A DNA stretch of 32,000 nt from Methylorubrum extorquens (GTDB taxonomy: Bacteria > Pseudomonadota > Alphaproteobacteria > Rhizobiales > Beijerinckiaceae): positions 2,700,001 through 2,732,000 of the forward strand of contig LT962688.1 in NCBI GenBank assembly GCA_900234795.1. Reading direction: 5' to 3'. This document shows, in pieces, positions 1 to 7,855 of the stretch (the stretch's first letter is position 1; each line of letters opens with the position of its first letter). Under the pieces are notes generated by a model. It was not told the origin of the DNA. It searched no databases and was given only the letters and a program-made list of their open reading frames with translations. The translations under genes and the position numbers were made by a program.

Positions 1-50
1 CCCGCCGGCCTCTGTTGACGGCGGCGCGTCCATGCTACGGGTCAAGGACA

Positions 51-494
51 ATGAAGTCCGCTCGTCCCATAGCGCTTTGGCTGGCGGCGGTGATCGTCAT
101 GATCGCCGCGGCGCTGATGCCGTCCGGCGCCCGCGCGCACAGTGCCCATGGGCAAGACGTGCGTGAGCAAGGCGTGCACGCGCACGTCGCTCAGGCGCCT
201 GACCTCGCGATGGCCGGATCGGACCTCCGGCTCGCCGCTCCGGCGTCGATCGTTCGAGCGGACGCGATACCGGTGATCGAGCAGTCCCGGATGGCCTGCG
301 CCTGCCCGACTTGCGCGGCCGGCGGTGTTTGCGGCCATGCGCCGTCGTCCTGCTGCGCCACCGGGCTCGCCCCGTCACCGGTTCCGGATCTTCCGCCGGC
401 CGGCGCGCAGGCCTGTGCCCCTGCGCGCGACGGACCGCGTCTGTCGGGCATCGTGCCCGAGGCGCAGATCGAACCCCCCCGAACCCTCGCCTGA
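51..494 (+). CDS. Hypothetical small Cys/His-rich protein with N-terminal signal/anchor helix; possible metal-binding accessory protein of the efflux operon
   Basis: In-frame ATG at 51 gives MKSARPIALWLAAVIVMIAAALMPSGARAHSAHG (hydrophobic helix, then His-rich stretch). The C-terminal half carries CACPTC and CGHAPSSCC clusters. It ends 72 nt upstream of the adaptor gene on the same strand. I recognise no family. Confidence 0.45.
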   Translation: MKSARPIALWLAAVIVMIAAALMPSGARAHSAHGQDVREQGVHAHVAQAPDLAMAGSDLRLAAPASIVRADAIPVIEQSRMACACPTCAAGGVCGHAPSSCCATGLAPSPVPDLPPAGAQACAPARDGPRLSGIVPEAQIEPPRTLA

Positions 495-565
495 CGCCCG
501 ATCCCCATCCGGTACGCTCCGTGCCGGGTGATGTCGTTGCTCATCCGGCGAAGGTTTCGTTCCCC

Positions 566-2296
566 ATGACCATCCGTCTCGCGGCGGCGCTTCGGGCGCT
601 GGCTGTCTTGCTCGCGCTTGCTGCCGCATCGGCAGCGGGTAGCGTCGCCCTAGCCCATGAGGGTCATAGCCACGGCGTCGAGGCGCCGACCCTCCCCGCA
701 CAGACCACGCCGCGGGCCGAAGCGGCCTCGGCCAGCTTCGAACTCGTGGCGGTGGCGTCCGGCGACCGGATACGATTCTATCTCGATCGCTTCACCAGCA
801 ACGAGCCCGTGAACGGCGCCGAGATCACAATCGAGACGCCGGACGGCCCGGCCGAAACGCGGGCCGTCGGCGACGGCGTCTACGAGATCGCGGCCCCGTG
901 GCTCGCCCGCGGTCAGCGATACGATCTGCTCGCCACCGTGACCGCCGACGGTATGACGGACGTGCTGGCCCTCGACCTGCACCTGCCCGAGTTGGCGGCG
1001 GCAGCGATGCCGGTCCAGGCCGAGGCGTCGGCGTGGCTCGCCAATCTCCGCCGTCATCTCACCCATCAGGGGCCGATCGGTGCGGCCGCCGGCGGATTCC
1101 TGCTCGGGCTCGCCGTCATCATGCTGGTGCGCTCGCGCCGGGCCCTCCCCGCCTTCGCCGTCCTGGCCCTGACCCTGACGCTGCTCCTCGGCACCGCCGC
1201 CCTCGCCCATGAGGGACATGATCACGAGAAAAATGGGCCCGGCGAAGGGGAGGCCGCTTCGGTCCAGGGCGTGGCGCTCACCGCGCCCACGGCCGTGTCC
1301 ATCGAGCGCGCCCGGCGCCTGCCGGGCGGCGCGGTGTTCGTCCCGAAATCGACGCAGCGCCTGCTCGCTTTGCGCACCGGCCTCACCGGCATCGCCGACC
1401 ATCGCCGCACCGTTGAATTGCCGGGGCGCGTCATCGCCGATCCGAATGCCAGCGGCGTCGTGCAATCGTCGGTCGGCGGCCGCCTCGCCCCCCCGCCCGG
1501 CGGCTTCCCGAATCTCGGCACGCGGGTCCGCAAGGGTGAGGTGCTCGCCACCGTCACGCCGCCGGTCCAGGCGGTCGATCTCTCCGACATGCGCCAGACC
1601 CAAGGCGATCTCGACCAGCAGATCGCCATCACCGGCCGCAAGGTTGCCCGCTACGAGCGCCTCGCCACGACCGGCGCGGTGGCGCAGACGGCACTGGAGG
1701 ACGCCCGCGCCGAGCTCACTGGCTTGAAGGACCGCCGCGCCGCCCTCGACACGATCCGCCGCGCGCCCGAAGAGCTGATCGCCCCGGTGGACGGCGTCGT
1801 CGCCGAGCGGGCGGCGGTGGCCGGCCAGATGGCGGCGGCGGGTACGATGGTGTTCCGCATCGTCGATCCGGACAAGCTCTACGTCGAGGCGCTGAGCTTC
1901 GTCGGCCTGGAGCCCGGCGCCGCCGCGACCGCACGGCTGCCCGATGGGCGCACGCTGGCGCTGGCATCCCGCGGCGCCGGCCTCGCCGACCGCAATCAAG
2001 CGGTGCCGGTGCAGTTCGCGATCACCGGAAACGCTGAGGGTGTCCGGCTCGGTCAGTTCGTGACCGTGATGGCGCCGACTGGCGAGACCATCGGCGGATT
2101 GGCCGTGCCCCGGGCGGGGATCGTCCGCACCGAGAGCGGCGCGGTGGTCTACGAGCACGTCTCCGCCGAGCGGTTCGAGCCGCGGCCCGTGCGGGTCGAG
2201 CCGCTGGATGCCGAGCATGTAATCGTGGCCGGCGGCCTCGGTGCCGGCCGGCGCGTCGTGGTGCAGGGCGCCGAACTGCTCGATCAGGTCCGCTAG
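566..2296 (+). CDS. Efflux RND transporter periplasmic adaptor subunit (MFP, CusB/HlyD family) with an N-terminal extension
   Basis: The track ORF 311..2296 has an Arg-rich, non-coding-looking N-terminus. ATG at 566 follows GAAGG and starts a signal peptide, MTIRLAAALRALAVLLALAAASAAGSVALA. The C-terminal ~370 aa look like an adaptor (lipoyl-like and coiled-coil segments, beta-barrel). The gene lies directly upstream of the RND pump. Confidence 0.85.
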   Translation: MTIRLAAALRALAVLLALAAASAAGSVALAHEGHSHGVEAPTLPAQTTPRAEAASASFELVAVASGDRIRFYLDRFTSNEPVNGAEITIETPDGPAETRAVGDGVYEIAAPWLARGQRYDLLATVTADGMTDVLALDLHLPELAAAAMPVQAEASAWLANLRRHLTHQGPIGAAAGGFLLGLAVIMLVRSRRALPAFAVLALTLTLLLGTAALAHEGHDHEKNGPGEGEAASVQGVALTAPTAVSIERARRLPGGAVFVPKSTQRLLALRTGLTGIADHRRTVELPGRVIADPNASGVVQSSVGGRLAPPPGGFPNLGTRVRKGEVLATVTPPVQAVDLSDMRQTQGDLDQQIAITGRKVARYERLATTGAVAQTALEDARAELTGLKDRRAALDTIRRAPEELIAPVDGVVAERAAVAGQMAAAGTMVFRIVDPDKLYVEALSFVGLEPGAAATARLPDGRTLALASRGAGLADRNQAVPVQFAITGNAEGVRLGQFVTVMAPTGETIGGLAVPRAGIVRTESGAVVYEHVSAERFEPRPVRVEPLDAEHVIVAGGLGAGRRVVVQGAELLDQVR

Positions 2297-2400
2297 AGCA
2301 TCGTCCCGGATATCGGATCCGGGACGATGCTCTAGCCTGTTGTTTCGCATCAACTTTTTCCGAAAGCCGGCAACCACCTTTCGGGATGATGCTCTGAGGA
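2292..2400. repeat. Intergenic mosaic palindromic element between the adaptor and pump genes
   Basis: Perfect 20 bp inverted repeat gctagagcatcgtcccggat / atccgggacgatgctctagc (2292-2311 / 2317-2336) with a 5 nt loop, starting inside the adaptor stop codon. A second hairpin pairs 2360-2366 with 2378-2384. A third same-sense copy of the right arm (cgggatgatgctct, 2382-2395) abuts the GAGGA RBS of the pump gene. Confidence 0.8.
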
Positions 2401-2409
2401 CGCCTCGCC

Positions 2410-5400
2410 ATGTTCGCCCTTCTCGTCCGCGGCGCCCTGCTCAACCGGGTGCTGGTCCTGGCGCTCTGTCTCGGCCTGGTGCTGGCCGGCGGCCTCGCGC
2501 TCACCCGGTTGCCGGTCGATGTGCTGCCCGATCTCAACCGCCCCACCGTCACGGTGATGACGGAGGCCGAGGGCTACGCCCCGCCGGAGGTGGAGCAGCT
2601 CGTCACTTATCCCATCGAGACGCGGATGAATGGCCTGCCCGGCGTCACCCGTGTCCGCTCGGTGTCGAGTGCCGGGCTCTCCATCGTCACCGTCGAATTC
2701 GGCTGGGACACCGACCTCTACCGCGACCGCCAGTTCGTGGCCGAACGCCTCGCCCTGGTGCGCTCCGAGCTGCCGGCGGGCGTCGTCCCACAGATGGGCC
2801 CGGTCGCCTCGATCATGGGCGGCATCCTGCTCGTTGCCGTCACGAGTGAGACATCGGACCCGATGCAGGTCCGAGAGACGGCCGACTTCATCCTGCGCCC
2901 GCGCCTGCTGTCGATTCCCGGCGTCGCGCAGGTGATCCCCATCGGTGGCGAGGTGCGCCAGTTCCGCGTCAGCCCCAATCCGGCGGCGATGCGGGCGCTC
3001 GGCGTCAGCAACGAGGTCCTCGTCACCGCTTTGTCCGGCTTCGGTACCAATGCCGGCGGCGGGTTTGCCGACGCCAACGCCCGCGAGATCCTGATTCGCA
3101 ATATCGGCCGCACACTGAGCCTGGAGGACTTACGCAACCTCGTGATCCCGACCGGCCCGCAGGGTGCGACCGCGGCGGCCGACCTGCCCGGCACCGGCAA
3201 TCCGGCGATCGAGGGCCGCGTCTACCTGCGCCAGATCGCCGAGGTCGCGTTCGCGGCGCGGCCCAAGCGCGGCGATGGCGGTTATCGCGGCGAGCCGGCG
3301 GTGATTCTCTCGGTCGAGAAGCAGCCCGGCATCGATACCGTGCGCCTGACGCGTGACGTCGAGGCGGCGCTGAAGGAGGTCGCGCCCACCCTGCCGAAGG
3401 GCATGGACGCTCAGAAAATCCTGTTCCGGCAGGCGGACTTCATCGAGACGTCGCTCGCCAATGTCGAGCGGGTGCTGATGGAGGCGGTCGCGGTGGTGGC
3501 CGTGGTGCTGTTCGCCTTCCTGATGAACGCGCGCACGACGCTGATCTCGCTCACCGCGATTCCGGTCTCGATCCTGGCCACGGCCCTGGTGTTCTGGGCG
3601 CTCGGCTTCTCGATCAACACCATGACGCTCGGCGGACTCGCCATCGCCATCGGTGAATTGGTCGACGACGCGGTGGTCGATGTCGAGAACATCTTCCGCC
3701 GGCTGCGCGAGAACCGGGCCGAGGGCTCGCCCCGCAGCGTGTTCGACGTGGTGGTGGCCGCCTCCAGCGAGGTGCGTTCCGGCATCGTCTACGCCACCGC
3801 GATCATCGTGCTCGTCTTCGTGCCGCTGTTCGCGCTCTCCGGCATCGAGGGCCGGCTCTTCGCCCCGCTCGGCCAAGCCTATATCGTCGCGATTCTGGCG
3901 AGCCTGCTCGTCTCCGTCACGCTGACGCCGGTCCTCGCCTCCTGGCTGCTGCCGGGCATGAAGAGCCTGACCGAGCGCGAACCGCTCCTGGTGCGGCGAC
4001 TCAAGGCCGGCAACGCGGCTTTGCTCAAGGTCGCGCTGGCCCATCCGCGGATGCTGATTGGCTGCATCGCCCTCTGCGTCGTCGCGGCGGGCATCGCCGC
4101 GGCGCATCTGCCGCGCGCCTTCCTGCCGACCTTCAACGAGGGCTCGCTCACCATCAACGTGACGTTCCGTCCCGGCATCTCGCTCGCCGAGAGCAGCCGC
4201 GTCGGCGCCATCGCCGAACGGTTGGTGCTGGACGTGCCGGAGGTCGCCACCGTCGGGCGCCGCACCGGCCGCGCCGAACTCGACGAGCACGCGGAAGGCG
4301 TCCACTCCTCCGATCTCGAAGTGCGGCTGAAGGCCGGCCGCCCCCGCGAGACGGTGATCGCCGAGATCCGCGAGCGGCTCGCGGTTCTGCCGGTGACGGT
4401 CAATGTCGGCCAGCCGATCTCGCACCGGCTCGACCATATGCTCTCAGGCGTGCGCGCCGAGATCGCCCTGAAGCTGTTCGGCGACGACCTCGACAGCCTG
4501 CGCACCGCGGCCGAGGGCATCCGCGAGCGGATCGCGGCGGCGGTGCCCGGCGTCACCGATCTTCAGGTCGAGCGCCAGGTGCGCATCCCGCAACTCGACA
4601 TCCGGGTCGATTACGGCCGCGCCGCGCTCTACGGCGTCTCGCCCTCGACCGTGGTCGAGACCATCGCCCGGCTCGCCAACGGTCGCACCCTCTCGACCAT
4701 CGCCGACGGGCCGCGCCGCTTCGACGTCACCCTGCGCCTGCCCGAGGCCCAGCGCAGCCCGCAGGCGCTGGGCGACCTCCTGATCGAGACGCCGTCGGGC
4801 TGGGTGCCGGCCCGCGAGATCGCCGACATCCGCGAGACCGACGGGCCGAACCAGATCCTGCGCGAGAACGGGCGGCGGCGCATCGTGGTGCAGGCCAATT
4901 CCGACGGACGCACCGATATGGCGGCCATCATCGCCGGCATCCGCCGCGTGCTGGACGAGACGCGCCTGCCCGAGGGCGTGAGCGCCCGGCTGGAGGGTAG
5001 CTACGAGGCGCAAGGCGAGGCCGCGCGCACCATCGGCGGACTCAGTCTCGTGTCGCTCGCCCTCGTCTTCGCCTTGCTGCACGGGCGCTACCGCTCCGTG
5101 CCGCTAACCCTGATCGTGATGGGCAACGTGCCGCTGGCCTTGATCGGCAGCGTTCTGGCGCTCTGGATCGCGGATCTGCCGCTGTCGGTCGCCTCGATGA
5201 TCGGCTTCGTCACGCTCACCGGCATCGTCGCCCGCAACGGCATCCTCAAGATCAGCCACATGCTGAACCTCGCCCGCGACGAAGGGCTGGCCCTCGGCCC
5301 TGCCCTCGTGACCCGGGCGAGCCTGGAGCGGATGACGCCGGTACTGATGACGGCTTTGTCGGCCGGCATCGCCCTGGTGCCGCTGCTGATCGACGGCACG

Positions 5401-5586
5401 GCGCCGGGCAAGGAGATCCTGCACCCCGTCGCCGTGACGATCTTCGGCGGCCTGATGAGCGCAACCCTGCTCGACGCCGTGCTTACCCCCGTCCTCGTCC
5501 TGATGTTCGGGCGGGGCGCCTTCGCCCGGCTTCATGCCCCGGCCGGAGCCGACGCGCTGCACGCACCCGTGCGTGAAGCCTTTTGA
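2410..5586 (+). CDS. CusA/CzcA-family heavy-metal efflux RND transporter (HME-RND)
   Basis: 1058 aa with a 12-TM RND layout and two large periplasmic loops. TM4 motif is [25 protein letters not shown] lies 9 nt upstream of the ATG. The protein resembles CusA/CzcA pumps end to end. Confidence 0.95.
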   Translation: MFALLVRGALLNRVLVLALCLGLVLAGGLALTRLPVDVLPDLNRPTVTVMTEAEGYAPPEVEQLVTYPIETRMNGLPGVTRVRSVSSAGLSIVTVEFGWDTDLYRDRQFVAERLALVRSELPAGVVPQMGPVASIMGGILLVAVTSETSDPMQVRETADFILRPRLLSIPGVAQVIPIGGEVRQFRVSPNPAAMRALGVSNEVLVTALSGFGTNAGGGFADANAREILIRNIGRTLSLEDLRNLVIPTGPQGATAAADLPGTGNPAIEGRVYLRQIAEVAFAARPKRGDGGYRGEPAVILSVEKQPGIDTVRLTRDVEAALKEVAPTLPKGMDAQKILFRQADFIETSLANVERVLMEAVAVVAVVLFAFLMNARTTLISLTAIPVSILATALVFWALGFSINTMTLGGLAIAIGELVDDAVVDVENIFRRLRENRAEGSPRSVFDVVVAASSEVRSGIVYATAIIVLVFVPLFALSGIEGRLFAPLGQAYIVAILASLLVSVTLTPVLASWLLPGMKSLTEREPLLVRRLKAGNAALLKVALAHPRMLIGCIALCVVAAGIAAAHLPRAFLPTFNEGSLTINVTFRPGISLAESSRVGAIAERLVLDVPEVATVGRRTGRAELDEHAEGVHSSDLEVRLKAGRPRETVIAEIRERLAVLPVTVNVGQPISHRLDHMLSGVRAEIALKLFGDDLDSLRTAAEGIRERIAAAVPGVTDLQVERQVRIPQLDIRVDYGRAALYGVSPSTVVETIARLANGRTLSTIADGPRRFDVTLRLPEAQRSPQALGDLLIETPSGWVPAREIADIRETDGPNQILRENGRRRIVVQANSDGRTDMAAIIAGIRRVLDETRLPEGVSARLEGSYEAQGEAARTIGGLSLVSLALVFALLHGRYRSVPLTLIVMGNVPLALIGSVLALWIADLPLSVASMIGFVTLTGIVARNGILKISHMLNLARDEGLALGPALVTRASLERMTPVLMTALSAGIALVPLLIDGTAPGKEILHPVAVTIFGGLMSATLLDAVLTPVLVLMFGRGAFARLHAPAGADALHAPVREAF

Positions 5587-5612
5587 ACCAACCGCATTCC
5601 AGGAGACGATCG

Positions 5613-5990
5613 ATGAACCGCGCGATGTCCTGCGCCGTGCTGGCGCTGACCCTGCTGGCCGCACCTGCGAGCGCTCAGCGCGACCATGACCATCCGGCCG
5701 GCCCCCATGGCGGCCGGGTCGAGGATGCGGGCCCTTGGCACGCCGAACTCGTGACGCGGGCCGAGACCGTCTCGGTCTACCTCACCGACGGCGACGGCAA
5801 GCCCCTGCCTGCCGAGGGGTTCAAGGCAGTCGCCATCCTCAAATCCGGCGCTAAGGCCGCCCGCGTCTTGCTCAGCCCCGAGGGCAACCGGCTCGCCGGC
5901 AAGGCCGAGGCGGCCCTGGGGGAGCGTCCCAGCGGCGCGGTTCGCATCACCGGACCGGGCGGCGTCACTGCCAGCGCCCGCTTCGACTGA
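5613..5990 (+). CDS. Small secreted His-rich protein, uncharacterised; possible periplasmic metal-binding domain
   Basis: AGGAG RBS then ATG at 5613. Signal peptide MNRAMSCAVLALTLLAAPASA is followed by QRDHDHPAGPHGG and a predicted beta-rich domain. The gene starts 26 nt after the pump stop codon. Confidence 0.6.
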   Translation: MNRAMSCAVLALTLLAAPASAQRDHDHPAGPHGGRVEDAGPWHAELVTRAETVSVYLTDGDGKPLPAEGFKAVAILKSGAKAARVLLSPEGNRLAGKAEAALGERPSGAVRITGPGGVTASARFD

Positions 5991-6019
5991 TTTCCGTCCG
6001 GGACCCAGGAGCATTCTCG

Positions 6020-6406
6020 ATGTCGAAAACAATCCCCGCGGTTCTTGTTGCCTGCATTTTGGCCGGCACGGCCCTCGCCCAGGACCCGCACCACCATCAC
6101 GGGCAGGCTCAACCGGACCCGAAGGCCGCGGCGAAGGATAGTGCAGCAACTAAGGCGTATCGCGATGCCGATGCCCGCATGCATCGTGAGATGGACATCC
6201 GTTACACCAACGACGTCGATCTCGATTTCGTGCGCGGGATGATCCCGCACCATCGCGGCGCGGTCGAGATGGCGAAGATCGCCCTCGAACACTCGAAGGA
6301 TCCTGAGATCCGCAAGCTCGCCGAAGACATCGTGAAGGCGCAGGATACGGAAATCGCGCAGATGGAAGCCTTCCTCAAGCGCAAGCAGGCCACCGATCAC
6401 CGCTGA
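6020..6406 (+). CDS. DUF305 family (CopM-like) periplasmic four-helix metal-binding protein
   Basis: AGGAG RBS, signal peptide MSKTIPAVLVACILAGTALA, an HHHH tract, then the characteristic DUF305 stretch DLDFVRGMIPHHRGAVEMAKIALEHSKDPEIRKLAEDIVKAQDTEIAQMEAFL. Confidence 0.85.
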   Translation: MSKTIPAVLVACILAGTALAQDPHHHHGQAQPDPKAAAKDSAATKAYRDADARMHREMDIRYTNDVDLDFVRGMIPHHRGAVEMAKIALEHSKDPEIRKLAEDIVKAQDTEIAQMEAFLKRKQATDHR

Positions 6407-6417
6407 GAGGCTGTTGC

Positions 6418-6436
6418 TGATCTCCTCTGGAGATCA
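6418..6436 (+). terminator. Hairpin just after the DUF305 stop; possible end of the efflux operon
   Basis: tgatctcc-tct-ggagatca is a perfect 8 bp stem beginning 12 nt after the stop. A second 6 bp hairpin lies at 6440-6459. There is no U-tract, so terminator function is uncertain. Confidence 0.3.
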
Positions 6437-7159
6437 TGACGGTTCGACCAGTTGAACCGCTCGGCTTCGAAGCACGGCGCAGCGCCTCCCCGCTCGACCG
6501 ATGCCACGGCATCGACCGTGCGGGATGCTTCGAGGCCGAGCATTCGTGTGGGACCCTAATGTGGGGACCACCGAAAGCACTGAGTTATTGTGGCGCAACG
6601 ATCGTTGGAGCGGGAGCAGTGCTTCGAGAAGCGGCACCAGTATGAAGACTCGGGAATCGCTCTTAATAAAAATTGACGATTATTTGTCCGATTTGCAAGT
6701 GCCTCTCTTGCTTCAAGACACTTCGATCGACAGACGATCGATCAAGTGCGAGTGCTGATATTCTCCTCCGCCCTTTGGAAATGGTCCTCGCCGGCACGTC
6801 TGCTCTTTGCTGCTCACCGCCCTGCTCCAGTGGAAGGCAGGTTGCTCTAAGTCCGCCGTTCGAATCCGGCATTTCAATGGCTGCTTGATCCGTTCGCGAT
6901 GGAGGTCGCGGCCCTCGTCCAGGCACTACGCCGTCTCACCGGCTCGCTGACCTTGATGATCGGCTGCCGCTCTTCTCGTCGATGAACGATCAGGGTCGTT
7001 CACCGAAGTGCAGTCCAGTTTAATCCTCACCAATCGCAATCAATTTTCATCCCTCAATCACATCTAGTTTATCGGAGGAAGGTGCCGTTGCGCACCAAGC
7101 AAACGATCTGCCAGGATTAAATCAAAAGTATATCGTCGTGATAAAACGCACTTTCCAAA

Positions 7160-7165
7160 TATAAT
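7160..7165 (+). promoter_or_regulatory. Candidate -10 hexamer (TATAAT) in the AT-rich gap upstream of the secreted-protein/CA/SulP genes
   Basis: Exact TATAAT about 80 nt upstream of the ATG at 7248, but the -35 region 17 nt upstream (cgtgat) matches poorly. Pattern match only. Confidence 0.2.
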
Positions 7166-7247
7166 TCACGGAATTACTGTCTTATTGCGACACCTGAAGA
7201 AGACGAAAAAAAGTTCGCCACTCAGGGATTACGAGAGGATGTTCAAT

Positions 7248-7559
7248 ATGAAGCGGATTGTGACACTCGGTCTCCTGGCGGCTGCGGCCGTTGCTTTGCC
7301 GCTCACGGCGCAGGCGCAGGACGGTGGAAACGGCAGCCGTCAGCAGGCTGGCGGCGGGTTCATGAGCAGCTACGTGGACGATCCCTACCACGACCCCCGT
7401 TCGCTCCACTCGCAGCGTGCGGGCTCGGGTCAGATCCTCGGCGCGCCGATGCTGAGCGAGAACGCCGGCGCCAAGGGTGGCGACATTCGCCCCGCCGCCC
7501 GTCTCGGCGCCGTGCAGACGCATTGGTCCGCCGGCACCGCGCCGCGCCGCGCGCGCTAA
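7248..7559 (+). CDS. Hypothetical small secreted low-complexity protein
   Basis: GAGAGG lies 9 nt before the ATG at 7248. MKRIVTLGLLAAAAVALPLTAQAQ is a clear signal peptide with an AQA cleavage motif. The mature part is Gly/Ala/Ser-rich, third-position GC is high, and I recognise no family. Confidence 0.5.
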   Translation: MKRIVTLGLLAAAAVALPLTAQAQDGGNGSRQQAGGGFMSSYVDDPYHDPRSLHSQRAGSGQILGAPMLSENAGAKGGDIRPAARLGAVQTHWSAGTAPRRAR

Positions 7560-7855
7560 CCAAGGCTTGTCCGCCGGCGGCGCTCGATCCGCGCTGCCGG
7601 CCACGTCCTCGCCACCCGATATTCGGCCGCCCCGATTCGGGCCGCCCGGATCTCCCGGACGACACCGTACCGGCTCACACGTCGTCGCAGCCTTTGCGAC
7701 AGCGCAGGCAGCCTTGTGCCTGCCGGAGGCGCCGGCATCACCGCGTCTCGCGCGATCAGACTTCGCGGATCGACAGGCGTGATGCGCGTGTCATCCAGGC
7801 AGCATCTCATGCGTCCCGGCGTGTCGGCTCACGCGTGGTGACAGCGGGGTTTGAC

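Noticed and set aside
311-565. Upstream extension of the adaptor ORF (start at 311), which overlaps the first small gene.
   Set aside because: The extension is an Arg/Pro-rich non-coding-looking translation. A signal peptide with an upstream GAAGG begins at 566.
650-2377. 575 aa ORF antisense to the adaptor gene. Similar long antisense ORFs occur at 3130..4437, 3879..4556 and 5104..5664.
   Set aside because: These are shadow ORFs, expected in very GC-rich DNA where stop codons are rare. The translations are Arg/Gly/Ala/Asp-rich low-complexity with no motifs, while the opposite strand encodes clearly recognisable adaptor and RND proteins.
6855-6870. tRNA T-arm-like sequence gccgttcgaatccggc, considered as a tRNA gene or a tRNA 3' fragment marking an integration (att) site.
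   Set aside because: The stem has only 4 bp with an 8 nt loop. Canonical 49-53/61-65 pairing fails and no acceptor-stem complement, anticodon arm or CCA context could be built around it. At best it is a highly degenerate remnant.
6436-6926. Small ORFs in the AT-rich gap: 6436..6645, 6501..6758, 6673..6888 (Cys-rich) and 6663..6926(-).
   Set aside because: They lack an RBS, have atypical composition for this genome, overlap one another and show no recognisable motifs. I treat them as non-coding unless homology or expression data say otherwise.
7523-7834. N-terminal extension of the carbonic anhydrase ORF back to 7523, overlapping the small secreted protein gene.
   Set aside because: The translation is Arg/Pro-rich with no CA homology. 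Beta-CA homology begins around DGIIQGLSNFR, so an internal GTG start (7856 or 7835/7838) is more plausible.
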